DNA of 64,000 nucleotides from an uncultured Thermoleophilia bacterium (GCA_963709845.1 CAVPXV010000006.1:229837-293836), one strand, 5' to 3'. Shown: positions 9,205 through 18,864, numbered from the stretch's first letter. The notes: generated by a model from the letters alone, not told the origin. A program made the numbers and translations.

Positions 9205-9465
9205 TCAACTTCGGCTCGCCAGGTCGAGCCGGCTCGGCGAGCGCAGGTGGCGGCGCAGGCTTGCGAGGTCGATGCGCGTCGAGTCGCTGAACAGCAGGAA
9301 GACAAGGGCGAGCTCTCAGAACCGCTCGGCGGCGACGGTCTCGACCTTCACGTTCGCGAGACCGAGACCGGCCGTCCCGACGGCGAGGCCGGCGGCCGTG
9401 AAGATCATCGCGGACATGACGCCTTTTGTGCCAAGCGGGTTGGGGAGCACGCCGTAGACTGTCAA
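9205..9465 (-). pseudogene. N-terminal remnant of a cation/H+ (Na+/H+) antiporter: in-frame TGA and 3' truncation
   Basis: Minus-strand reading ...GVMSAMIFTAAGLAVGTAGLGLANVKVETVAAERF-TGA(9316-9318)-ELALVFLLFSDSTRIDLASLRRHLRSPSRL... matches the first about 90 aa of CPA-type exchangers; homology ends near 9220 next to the tRNA-like remnant. Confidence 0.5.
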
Positions 9466-9489
9466 CCTCGGGCGAGGGCGAGGATCCGA

Positions 9490-10026
9490 CTAGCGCTGCC
9501 CGCGAGACAGCCCGGAGCGCGCCGCTGTGACGAGGAGCCGGACCACCGCGCCGATGAGCACGAGGTCGAGCAGCATCTGCACGCCGACGACGACGCGCGC
9601 CAGGTCGGTCCGCGGTGTGATGTCGCCGAAGCCCACGGTGGAGAAGATCGTGATCGCGAAGTAGAGGGCGCCCGTGTGGTCGAGCGGCTCGCTGAACGCG
9701 GCGGCCGAGGCGTGCGACATCGCGAGATACAGGTTCGCGAAGAGGCAGAGGAAGAGCGGCACGATGATGGCAAGGACCTCGATGGCGCGCAGCTCGGGCA
9801 GATCCGCCTGGACGATCCGGCGCACCAGCCAGACGAGGATGAGGAGGAAGACCAGGAAGCTCACCAGCAATCGCAGCAGGGGAGCGCCGGCCACGAGCCT
9901 CGCGGGGGGGAGCGCGTAGTACGCGACGAGCAGGATCACGACGATCGCGGTCACGCTGAGGACGAGTCGCGCGATCACCCGCCGGCGCTCGCGGCGTTCC
10001 AGGTCCGTGAGGCGGCGGGGACTCAC
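9490..10026 (-). CDS. two-TM potassium channel (ion transport 2 family)
   Basis: C-terminal 178 codons of ORF 9490..11058; selectivity filter FSTVGFGDITP; GTG start 10026 overlaps upstream stop (GTGA). Confidence 0.8.
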   Translation of the reverse strand: MSPRRLTDLERRERRRVIARLVLSVTAIVVILLVAYYALPPARLVAGAPLLRLLVSFLVFLLILVWLVRRIVQADLPELRAIEVLAIIVPLFLCLFANLYLAMSHASAAAFSEPLDHTGALYFAITIFSTVGFGDITPRTDLARVVVGVQMLLDLVLIGAVVRLLVTAARSGLSRGQR

Positions 10027-11147
10027 GGCGCCGCCTCCGGCGCGTGCACCGCCGACCCGGCGGAGCCGGCACCGTCCACGTCGGGCTTGTCCTTCGGCCA
10101 GAGCAGGTACATCGAGGCGAGCGCGAGAGCGCAGCCCAGAGCGGTGTCGAGCAGGCGGTGCGCGGCCCAGACGCCGATAGCCCCGGACGGCGCCCCGACG
10201 AGCAGGATGGCGCCGGCGGCGGTGAGGCCGCCCGCGACGAAGGGATAGGTGCGCCGGAAGGTGACCCCGAACAGGATCACCACCACGGCGAGGATGAGCA
10301 GCGCGTTGGCGTGCAGCGCGGAGACGGGCAGTGCGAGGGCGAACAAGCCGAGGACCACAGCGCCGACGATAGTCGAGATGACCCTCGCGAGGGCAACGCT
10401 CATGGGGCTCTTGCCCGTCGGCATGAGGACGACGAAGGCCGACAAGAACACCCACAGGGCGTCGTGGCTGCCGGAGCGCTCGAACAGGTACACGCCGATC
10501 GCCAGCGGGATCGCCCGGCGCACTCCGTCGCGGGCGTGTTCGTCGAAGGAGCGCAGCGAGGCCAGCAGCGCCGGCCACGGCGAGGGCAGGCGCGGCGCCG
10601 CAGCGGCAGCTTCGCGGTCGCGGCGGTCGCGGAGCCGCGCCGCGACCGCCACGACCGCGAGTCCACCCGCCGCGCCGAGGACGATGCGCAGCACGCCGGA
10701 GGCCAGCGGCACGTCGGTGAGGTGCACGGTCGAGCCGACGACCATGGCGAGCACGTAGATCAGCAGGCCGAGCTGGGCGAGGCCGGCCCCGACCGGGCCC
10801 GCCCCGGCCAGCGCCGACGTGGCGATCGCCACCGCCGCGATCGCAGCCGCCGCCCACCACGGGTGACCGGCGACCAGGAAAGCGACGAGCACGAAGACGA
10901 CCGCCGTCACGGTGGCGAAGCCGGCCACCCGCAGAGCGACCCGCGAGGGACCATGCGATCCGGCCGCCGCGATGAGCGCACCCGTCAGTGCCGCCAACAC
11001 GGCACCCTTCTGCGGGAGAAAGATGACCCCGAGGGCGGCCCCCGCGGCCGCGCCGCACACCAGGTACGCCACGAGCCGCGTCTGCGGAGGCGCGCCTGTG
11101 GAGGCAAAGAGGCGGCGGAAGCGAGCAGTCTGTTCGGATGGTGCCAT
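10023..11147 (-). CDS. FUSC/ArAE-like integral membrane protein (putative exporter)
   Basis: Frame of ORF 10023..11324, ATG 11147 (MAPSEQTARFRRLF...); two blocks of 4-5 TM separated by a charged loop, as in fusaric-acid-resistance-like proteins; family call tentative. Confidence 0.5.
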   Translation of the reverse strand: MAPSEQTARFRRLFASTGAPPQTRLVAYLVCGAAAGAALGVIFLPQKGAVLAALTGALIAAAGSHGPSRVALRVAGFATVTAVVFVLVAFLVAGHPWWAAAAIAAVAIATSALAGAGPVGAGLAQLGLLIYVLAMVVGSTVHLTDVPLASGVLRIVLGAAGGLAVVAVAARLRDRRDREAAAAAPRLPSPWPALLASLRSFDEHARDGVRRAIPLAIGVYLFERSGSHDALWVFLSAFVVLMPTGKSPMSVALARVISTIVGAVVLGLFALALPVSALHANALLILAVVVILFGVTFRRTYPFVAGGLTAAGAILLVGAPSGAIGVWAAHRLLDTALGCALALASMYLLWPKDKPDVDGAGSAGSAVHAPEAAP

Positions 11148-11157
11148 GCCCGTCGTT

Positions 11158-11390
11158 CCTGCTAGGCGCGCGAGCGGTCCGGGAGCAAGAGCACGATGAT
11201 GATGGCGATCAGCGGCAGGAAGCAGGCGATGATGCCCCAGAGGAGCCCGCTGCGACCCTTGCTGCGCGCGATGGTGATCGTGATGAACAGGAACACGGCC
11301 CACGCCAGCACGAAGATCAGCCACCAGAAGAACGCCAACGCTGCGACGATCACTGCGACCATTTCCAGACCTCCTTGAGGATTGACACCT
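11158..11390 (-). repeat. 233-bp direct repeat, copy 1 (partner 17766..17997)
   Basis: Read base by base: identical except one synonymous substitution (11274) and a 1-nt indel in the 5' leader; spans the stop, CDS, AAGGAGG and 28 nt of leader of the 66-aa gene. Confidence 0.95.
11162..11362 (-). CDS. 66-aa two-TM membrane protein, copy 1
   Basis: MVAVIVAALAFFWWLIFVLAWAVFLFITITIARSKGRSGLLWGIIACFLPLIAIIIVLLLPDRSRA; strong SD AAGGAGG 7 nt upstream; 40 nt downstream of the MFS gene. Confidence 0.65.
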   Translation of the reverse strand: MVAVIVAALAFFWWLIFVLAWAVFLFITITIARSKGRSGLLWGIIACFLPLIAIIIVLLLPDRSRA

Positions 11391-11401
11391 GTGGCCGGCG
11401 T

Positions 11402-13042
11402 CTACGCCGGCGCCGGCTCCGAGCCGGGTTCCTTCTTGGGTATGCGTCCCGTGAAGAACAGGGCGATGACGCCCATGATGGCGAGCACCGAGAGCGCCGC
11501 GCGCAGGCCGTCGATCTGCGAGGCGTCGTTCTGCTTGACGGCGGCATCGATCTCCTGCTGGGAGCGGCCGGCCGCGGACATGCGCGCCTCGATGTCCTTG
11601 TCGGAGATGAAGGGCGCGCCCGCGGCGAGCTTCGTGCTCGCCTGCGCCTTCGCCTCCTGCGGCACGCTCGGGTTGTTCTGGATGCCGGTCAGGAACGAGG
11701 CGGTGAGGACGGCGATGAGGATCGAGCCGGCGAGCGCCGTGCCGAGCGAGGCGCCGAGCTGGGTGGCGGTGTTCTGCAGGCCGCCGACCTCGGAGCTCTT
11801 CTCGGTGGGCACGGCGGAGACGGTCACGGCGCCGAGCTGGCTCGCCAGGGCGCCGATGCCGAAGCCGACGATGAGCAGGGGGACGATGACGATCGAGGCA
11901 TCGGCGCCCTGCTCGAGGCTCGCGATCAGCACGACGATGCCGCCGATGAGCGCCAGCAGGCCGATGCGCACGACGCGGCGCGGATTGGCATGAGGGCGCA
12001 GGCGCGGGATGCCGACGGCGGCGAGGAGCAGCGAGAGCGAGAGCGGCAGCAGGCGCACGCCGGTCGCGATCGGCGAGAGGCCGACGACCACCGAGAGGAA
12101 CAGCGGCACGATGAAGAAGATGCCGGACTGGATCAGGAACATGAACAGGAAGCTGATGAGTCCGCCGGTCAGCTGGCGGTTCTTCAGCAGCGATGGCGCG
12201 ATGAGCGGCTCCTTGCCGTTGCGCTCGAGCCGCTGCTGGTAGCGGTAGAACAGCCAGAGGATGAAGAGGCCGGCGAGCATGAACCAGATGGTCAGCGAAA
12301 GGCCGAAGAGCGAGGGTGCGCCGGCCTTGGGCAGGATCCAGCCCCAGGTCGACGACTTGAGCACGCCGATCACGAAGAGCGCGAGCCCGGCCGACGAGAC
12401 CACGACGCCGATGAGGTCGAGGTGCGGGCGATGCGCGACCGGTGAGTCGGCGGCGCGCCGCGCCAGCAGGAGGATGGCGATGTCGATGACGACCTCGCCG
12501 GCGAAGACGTAGCGCCAGGAGAAGTAGGTGGTCATGAAGCCGCCGATCACGGGCCCGACGGCGACGGCGATCGCCGCCGCGGCGAAGACGAGGCCGTAGG
12601 CCTTGGGCCGCGCCGCGGGCGGGAAGTTGCTGGCCACGAGGGCGACGATGGCCGGCATGATGAGCACGGCGCCGATGCCCTCGAGGAACGACCAGCCGAT
12701 GATCAGCACCGTGAGGTTGGGCGCGAGCGCCGTGGTCGCCGAGCCGCAGCCGTAGATGATGCAGCCGATCGTGAAGGCGCGCTTGAAGCCGATGATGCTG
12801 CCGATCTTGCCGCCGAGCACCATGAGGCTGGCCATGACCAGCGTGTAGAGGGTGATCGCCGTCTGGATGCCGGTGACCGTGGTGCCGACGTCCTTGGCGA
12901 CGGTGGCGATGGAGACGTTCATCACCGACATGTCGAGGGCCATGAGGAACTGGCCGGCGGCGAGCGTGAAGAGGATGAGGCCGGCGCCGGCAGCCGCCGC
13001 GGTGGCCGCCTTCGACCCTGATGTGCTCTGAGTAGCCATCAC
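11402..13042 (-). CDS. MFS transporter, DHA2 (EmrB/QacA, 14-TM) drug:H+ antiporter family
   Basis: 546 aa; LFTLAAGQFLMALDMSVMNVSIATVAKDVG and GGKIGSIIGFKRAF motifs typical of DHA2. Confidence 0.85.
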   Translation of the reverse strand: MMATQSTSGSKAATAAAAGAGLILFTLAAGQFLMALDMSVMNVSIATVAKDVGTTVTGIQTAITLYTLVMASLMVLGGKIGSIIGFKRAFTIGCIIYGCGSATTALAPNLTVLIIGWSFLEGIGAVLIMPAIVALVASNFPPAARPKAYGLVFAAAAIAVAVGPVIGGFMTTYFSWRYVFAGEVVIDIAILLLARRAADSPVAHRPHLDLIGVVVSSAGLALFVIGVLKSSTWGWILPKAGAPSLFGLSLTIWFMLAGLFILWLFYRYQQRLERNGKEPLIAPSLLKNRQLTGGLISFLFMFLIQSGIFFIVPLFLSVVVGLSPIATGVRLLPLSLSLLLAAVGIPRLRPHANPRRVVRIGLLALIGGIVVLIASLEQGADASIVIVPLLIVGFGIGALASQLGAVTVSAVPTEKSSEVGGLQNTATQLGASLGTALAGSILIAVLTASFLTGIQNNPSVPQEAKAQASTKLAAGAPFISDKDIEARMSAAGRSQQEIDAAVKQNDASQIDGLRAALSVLAIMGVIALFFTGRIPKKEPGSEPAPA

Positions 13043-13136
13043 TCCCCCTTGCCCGGTCTGCCGACCGTTCGGTGATGCCCGCCGTCGCCGTTCATCAGGA
13101 GTCCTCCGTGAGTGAGTTGGTGTCGCACTGCGACGG

Positions 13137-13982
13137 TCAGGTCGCGAGCGCCTCGTCTGCTTCCCTGCGTTCGAGCGGGATGAAGCAGACGGCGAGGCCG
13201 GCCGGTTTGACCGAGACGATGGCCACGGTGGGCCAGTCGTCCTCTTCGTGCGGGGCGCTGGCGCTGCCGGGGTTCAGGAACAGCGTGCCTTCGACCCATG
13301 CGGCCGCAGGGATGTGATCGTGGCCGTAGACCACGAGGTCGGGAGTCGCGCCCTCCGGGTTGCCCTCGACCTTGCCCTCGGCGAGGCGCTTCAGCAGACG
13401 CTTGCGTTTGTGACCGAGAGCGAAGCGCACCCCGGCGACCTCGCCCGCCACTTCGCGGGGCAGCCCTGCGAGAGGACCGCCGGAGTCCATGTTGCCCGCC
13501 ACGGCGGTCACCGGCGCCACGGTCTCGAGCGCGGCCAGGATCTCCGGGTCGATGATGTCTCCAGCGTGGATGATGTGGACGACGCCGGCGAAGTGCTCGA
13601 GGACCGCGGGGTCGAGATAGCCGTGGTTGTCGCTGATCACGCCGATGCTGATCGCGGCGGGCGCCCCCGTGGCCCTGTCTTCTGCCGGCGAGGGGTGGGG
13701 CGATCGCGAGGCGGCGGCGCGCGACGCCGGTGAGGCCTTGGCGCCCGTGGCAGTGCGCTTCGGGGTCCGCGACTCGCTCGCCCGTGGGGCGCTAGGCGAC
13801 GCGGCCGAAGCGGCCGCAGGCGCAAGAGCGGAGATTCGGGGCCGGCCGGCGCGTTCGGTCAGTCGCAGGTCGCTCTCGCGCCGCCGCAGGGCAAACGACG
13901 CTTCTCTGAGCGGCTCCGCCCCGGCTGCGCGGAACGGAGGCCGTTCCGTCGACGTGGTTGCTCTAGGGTCGTTTCCGGTCAT
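13137..13982 (-). CDS. YfcE/MJ0936-type metallophosphoesterase with about 110-aa low-complexity N-terminal extension
   Basis: C-terminal 281 codons of ORF 13137..15632; VISDNHG, HAGDI, GNMD, GHDH metallophosphatase motifs. The only start in frame is ATG 13982, 1 nt after the rhodanese-frame TGA (TGAgATG). Confidence 0.7.
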   Translation of the reverse strand: MTGNDPRATTSTERPPFRAAGAEPLREASFALRRRESDLRLTERAGRPRISALAPAAASAASPSAPRASESRTPKRTATGAKASPASRAAASRSPHPSPAEDRATGAPAAISIGVISDNHGYLDPAVLEHFAGVVHIIHAGDIIDPEILAALETVAPVTAVAGNMDSGGPLAGLPREVAGEVAGVRFALGHKRKRLLKRLAEGKVEGNPEGATPDLVVYGHDHIPAAAWVEGTLFLNPGSASAPHEEDDWPTVAIVSVKPAGLAVCFIPLERREADEALAT

Positions 13983-13983
13983 C

Positions 13984-15673
13984 TCAGAGCGTCGCGAAGA
14001 TCTCGTGCGAGAGCATGCCGCCGGCGACGGTCCTGGCCTTGAACCCGTTCTGCACGAGGATGCGCGTCGCGTAGTAGGCGCGCTGGCCGGAGCGGCAGAT
14101 GACGAGGATCTCGCGGTCGCGCGGCAGCTCGTCCAGGCGGCCGCGCAGCTCGTCGACCGGGATGTTGACCACGCCCTCGCAGCTGCTCCACGGCGAGCTC
14201 CTCGGGGTGGCGCACGTCCAGAAGGAAGCCGTCTCCCAGGGAGTCCCAGTGGACGAGGCCCACGTCTCCGCGGAGGAGGTTGGCCCCGACCATGCCGGCG
14301 AAGTTGGGCGGCGACTTCGCCATGCCGAACTGCGGCGCATAGCAGAGCTCGCACTCCTCGAGGTCGTAGACGGTGCCGCCCAGCTGGATCGCCATGGCGA
14401 GCGCGTCGATGCGCTTGTCGACGCCCTCCCGGCCCACGGCCTGCGCCCCGAGGAGGCGCCCGTCGGACTTGCGGAAGATCACCTTCATGGCGAGCAGGGT
14501 GGCGCCGGGGTAGTAGCCCGCGTGCGAGTTCGGGTAGAGGTAGATCTTCTCGAAGTCGTCGTCGCCCATGCGCAGGAGGGTCTTCTCGTTGAGTCCGGTC
14601 CAGGCGACGGCGCCGCCGAAGGCGCCGAGGATCGCGGTGCCCTGCGTGCCGCGGAAGCGCGAGTCGCGTCCGCAGATCACGTCGGCGACGATGCGGCCCT
14701 GACGGTTGGCCGGCCCGGCGAGGGCGACGAGGCACGACTCGCCGGTCAGGCAATCGATCTTCTCCACGGCGTCGCCGACGGCGAAGATGTCCGGGTCGCT
14801 GGTGCGGCACTGGTCGTCGACGCGGATGCCGCCGAGCTTGCCGACCTCGACGCCGGCCATCTCCGCGAGCGCCGTCTCGGGCTTCACGCCGATGCCGAGG
14901 ATCACGATGTCGGCCGGGTAGACCTCGCCGGACGCGGTGAGCACCTCGAGCGATCCGCCCTCCGCCTGCCGGAACTCCGACGCGGCGGCGTTGAGCTTGA
15001 CCTGCACCCCGTGCTTGTCCAGGTGCCGCTCCAGGTAGCGCGCCATCTCGGGGTCGAGCGGCGCCATGATCTGCCCGCCGCGCTGCAGCAGCGTGACCTC
15101 GAAGCCGAGGCCGACCAGGTTCTCGGCCGTCTCGATGCCGATGAAGCCGCCGCCGACGACGACGGCGCGCAGCTGCCTCTTGAGCGTCTGGAACCCCGTG
15201 TAGGTGTCCATGCCGCTCGCCCTGCCGCGCCGCTCGTCGATCCAGGCGCGGATCTGGCCGGCGTCCGGCACCGTCCGCACGCCGAAGATGCCGGGCAGGT
15301 CGATGCCCGGCAGCGGCGGGCGGATGGGAGCGGCTCCGGGCGAGAGCACGAGCTTGTCGTAGTGCTCGGTGGTCACCTCGCCGGAGAGGCGGTCTTTGAG
15401 CTGGACCGTCTTGGCCGCGGCGTCGATGCCCACCACCTCGCAGTCGATGCGGGCGTCCACGTTGAACATGTCGCGAAACGTGTCCGCGGTCGCGACCAGG
15501 AGGCTCGACTGCTGCTCGATCACGCCGCCGATGTAGTAGGGCAGGCCGCAGTTCGCGTAGGAGACGTAGGGCCCGCGCTCCACCATGAGGATCTCGGCGT
15601 TCTCGTCGAGCCGGCGCAGGCGCGCCGCGCACGAGGCGCCGCCGGCGACGCCGCCAACGATGATGACTTTCAT
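13984..15673 (-). pseudogene. CoA-disulfide reductase / NADH-dependent persulfide reductase with C-terminal rhodanese domain, single frame break at about 14179
   Basis: MKVIIVGGVAGGASCAARL..., redox Cys in SYANCGLPYY, second Rossmann VVVGGGFIGIE (frame of ORF 13979..15718). Rhodanese end EGVVNIPVDELRGRL...ILVICRSGQRA in ORF 13984..14340. One extra nt between ...AVEQL and EGVV... Confidence 0.8.
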
Positions 15674-15724
15674 GCTGAAGCCTTTCGGTTGGGGTGCTCC
15701 GCTGACTCGGGGCGACACTTGGCC

Positions 15725-16179
15725 TCAGCGGCCCCTGCGCCGCTGGCGCCGGTTGATGCCGGCCAGCGAGACCGGCGAGAGCGGCCGGCCGAAGGGGTCG
15801 ATGAACACGGAGACGAGCTCGCCCTTGGCCGGCAGGCTGCCCTCGAGCATGTCCACCGTGTAGGTGAGCTGGTCGCCCTCGAGCTGCGGGTCCTTGAGCA
15901 CCACGATGGCGTCCTCGGGCTTCTCGTCGCCCTTCTCGACGAACGAGATCACGGCGTTCGGCGGGTCTCGGCGAAGCTGTTCTCGCCCTCGCCCCACTCC
16001 TCGACGAACTTCTGCGTGGTGAGGTGCCCGACCACGCGCTGCGGGCGGTCGGAGAAGTAGAGCGTGGCGGGCGAGGTGCCGTGGAAGGTGACCTTGTCGC
16101 CGGCGCTGGTCATCTCGCGGGCGGTCTGCGCGAACAGGGCTTCGATGTCTTCGAGGGTCTGCTCGATGTCGTCTGTCAT
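15725..16179 (-). pseudogene. conserved hypothetical protein (about 150 aa), frame break at about 15965
   Basis: N-half MTDDIEQTLEDIEALF...ATLYFSDRPQRVVGHLTTQKFVEEWGEGENSFAE (ORF 15949..16179) continues as DPPNAVISFVEKGDEKPEDAIVVLKDPQLEGDQLTYTVDMLEG... in ORF 15725..15997. Confidence 0.5.
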
Positions 16180-16270
16180 GACTGCCTCTCTCGTGAAGGA
16201 TGGAAGGGTCGTGGTGGTCGCTGGTCGTTGCCCACTATCGGTCGTGTCGCCGCCGGTCTCCCCAAGAGCG

Positions 16271-17711
16271 TCAGACGCCCTCGACCGCCGTCAGCCGTCC
16301 GGACTTGACCGCCTTGGCGAAGGCCTCGTAGTCGCGCTCGTTCTGGTCCGCGTAGCGCTCCGAGAAGTCGGTCATCGACTGCTCGAACGCGTCGCTCTTG
16401 CCGAGGTACGCGGCGATCGCGATCGGGTCGCCCGAGCGCGCATGCGCGCGGGCCAGCGTCCAGCCGCACTGGCGCGCGTAGAAGGCGAGGGCCAAGGGCA
16501 CCATGGCCTCGACCACGACCGAGCCCTTCATGTCGCGCAGCTGGCGCCAGTAGAGGTAGCGGCCGGCCTGCACGCCCTTGGTCCAGCCCAGGTAGATGTC
16601 GCTCGCGGCCTGCATCATGCGCTGCCCGTGCACGACGCGCGAGCCGGGCTGGTGGCGGCTCCTCGGGCAGGTGGTCCTCGAGCACCGAGGTGGTCGCCTC
16701 CTTGACCTGCAGGAACAGCGGGTCCTCCTCGTCGCGCCCCTGGAGGAGGACGATGAAGGCGCGCGTGCCGACGCTGCCGACGCCGACGACCTTGCGCGCC
16801 ACGTCGACGATCTCGAACTTCTCGAGCAGGTGGCGGCGGTCGCTCTGCAGCGTCGCCCGGTAGGCGCGGAACTCGGCGTGGATGTAGTGCTCGAGCTGGT
16901 CGGGGGCGATGCCGTAGCTGGCTGAAGTCGATCTCGCGGAACGGCACGACGATCGGCGGCTGGCTGACGATGCGGTGCTTGCCGCCGACGACCTCGGCGA
17001 GCTTGGAGAGCGCCTGCAGGCTGTCGCGGGTGTGCGCCTTGGCGGCGATCTGCTTGGCGCGCCCTGCCGCCTGCTTGGCCGTCTTCTTCTTCGCCTTGCC
17101 CTTCTGGGCGCTCTCCGCCGTCTTGATGGCCGCCATGCAGCTCGTCCTCGGAGAGGTGGGCGTACCAGATGTCCATGGTGTCCATCGCCGCGAACTCGGC
17201 CATGGCGCTGCGGTAGGCGCTCACCGAGGCGAGCGTCGCGTCCCGCGCGTCGGCCTTGCTGAAGCCGTTGTTGCGCGCCGCGATGGTGAAGCTCGCGGCC
17301 ATGCGCGCGACGTCGTACTCGAACGGGCCGGGCAGCGTCTCGTCGAAGTCGTTGAGGTCGAAGAGCAGGGTGCGCTCGGGCGAGGCGAAGACGCCGAAGT
17401 TGGAGAGGTGCGCGTCGCCGCAGAGCTGCGTCGTGAGGCCGGCCCGGGGCGTGTCCTTGAGGTCGGCGGCCATGATCCGCGCCGCCCCGCGGTAGAAGGT
17501 GAACGGCGAGACCAGCATGCGCCCGTGGCGCACGGGCACCAGGTCGGGCTCGCGTCTGGCGTCCTGTTCTTCCAGCAGCGCGACCGGATCGGGGCGGTCC
17601 GCCGCCGGCTTCCAGCTTGGCGTGGCTGGACGGCGGCGTCTGCTTGCGCAGCTCCTTGCCCAGCGCCCGGCGTTCTTTGACGCTCGGGTGGGCTACTCGT
17701 TGTGCGTCCAT
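16271..17711 (-). pseudogene. DUF2252-family protein with four frame breaks (about 17600, 17137, 16920, 16660)
   Basis: Consecutive family-typical segments lie in alternating frames: MDAQRVAHPSVKERRALGKELRKQTPPSSHAK / ADRPDPVALLEEQ..VPVRHGRMLVSPFTFYRGAA...WYAHLSEDEL / MAAIKTAESAQKGK...IVSQPPIVVPFREIDFS / APDQLEHYIHAEFRAY...VGVGSVGTRAFIVLLQG / SRVVHGQRMMQAASDIYLGW... Confidence 0.75.
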
Positions 17712-17765
17712 GAATCCTCAACCCCGCTTTCAGTCCTGCCTGGATGGTGGGGCGCTGCAGGTGCC

Positions 17766-17997
17766 CCTGCTAGGCGCGCGAGCGGTCCGGGAGCAAGAGC
17801 ACGATGATGATGGCGATCAGCGGCAGGAAGCAGGCGATGATGCCCCAGAGGAGCCCGCTGCGACCCTTGCTCCGCGCGATGGTGATCGTGATGAACAGGA
17901 ACACGGCCCACGCCAGCACGAAGATCAGCCACCAGAAGAACGCCAACGCTGCGACGATCACTGCGACCATTTCCAGCCTCCTTGAGGATTGACACCT
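17766..17997 (-). repeat. 233-bp direct repeat, copy 2 (partner 11158..11390)
   Basis: See copy 1; lies immediately 3' of the TetR gene. Confidence 0.95.
17770..17970 (-). CDS. 66-aa two-TM membrane protein, copy 2 (identical protein)
   Basis: Last 66 codons of ORF 17770..18636 are identical to 11162..11362; same SD. Confidence 0.65.
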   Translation of the reverse strand: MVAVIVAALAFFWWLIFVLAWAVFLFITITIARSKGRSGLLWGIIACFLPLIAIIIVLLLPDRSRA

Positions 17998-18704
17998 ATG
18001 AGCGATGATTCGTTGGTGGCGAGGACGCAGCCGCCTCCGCTGACGGCGGGAACGCCAGACCCGCGACCTGCGGGAGCAGCTCGACGAGCCGGCTGCGCAG
18101 ATCGGCGGGGTCCTCGTCCATGAGGTCGTAGAACTGGACCAGCCAGTCCTCCATCGCCACCCAGCCGTAGACCAGCGCCGTCGCCGCTGCGAGCGCGAAC
18201 CGCGGGTCGATGGGGGCGGCGGCCGGCGGCCGGTGCGCGCCCTCGTCGAGCGCCTTCCTCGCCAGGGCGAGCAGCATCTCTCCGCTGCGGATGCGGTCCT
18301 CCAGCGCCTCGTACCTGCGGTCGTCCATCGCCGCGCGCACGACCGAGCGCGAGTGCACCCGTCGCTCCAGCACGTCCCCTGAGACGAGCGGCAGGGCCTC
18401 GAAGAACTCGGGGTGCTCGAGTCATCAGCTGCTGGCGCCGGGGGGCGCCGCGCGCGATGACCGCGGCCACGATCTCCGCCTTCGAGCCCACGTACTCGTG
18501 GACCACGGGATGCGTGACGCCCGCCTTCGCGGCGATCTCGCGGACCGTCACCTTGTCGGGGTCTCGCCGCGAGAACAGGTCCTCGGCGGCGTCGAGGATC
18601 CGCTCGGTCGTCTCGGCGCGCGGGTGACGGGTCCATCTGGGCTCACGGCCGTCCTTCCCCGCGACCGCGGCGCCCTCGTTCGCGTCGTCGCTCTTGCCGC
18701 GCAT
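17996..18704 (-). pseudogene. TetR/AcrR-family transcriptional regulator, frame break at about 18419
   Basis: HTH part TTERILDAAEDLFSRRDPDKVTVREIAAKAGVTHPVVHEYVGSK (ORF 17958..18743, ATG 18704 with GAGGAG SD). Ligand domain EHPEFFEALPLVSGDVLERRVHSRS...VYGWVAMEDWLVQF in the frame of ORF 17996..18373. Confidence 0.75.
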
Positions 18705-18864
18705 AGAAGCTCCTCTGCTTGCTGCCGGCGCGCTGACGACCAAACGCCTTCTCGTCTCGCGCTCAGCCGAATGTTTAGCATCCTACCCAACGGTAGATTA
18801 TTGAAGCATCGTCAGTCCAGTCCGGACTGTTCGCGTTCAGCAGGCATCGATCTAGGGAGGAACC

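Noticed and set aside
9316-9318. In-frame TGA in the antiporter remnant as selenocysteine
   Set aside because: The gene is truncated after about 85 codons. The position is a loop between TM helices with no Cys homolog that I know of. It is a decay signature.
13637-13982. Separate small gene encoding the Ala/Ser/Pro-rich 110 residues upstream of the phosphoesterase domain
   Set aside because: It is the same frame with no intervening stop and no internal start before the catalytic domain, so it is treated as an N-terminal extension with lowered confidence.
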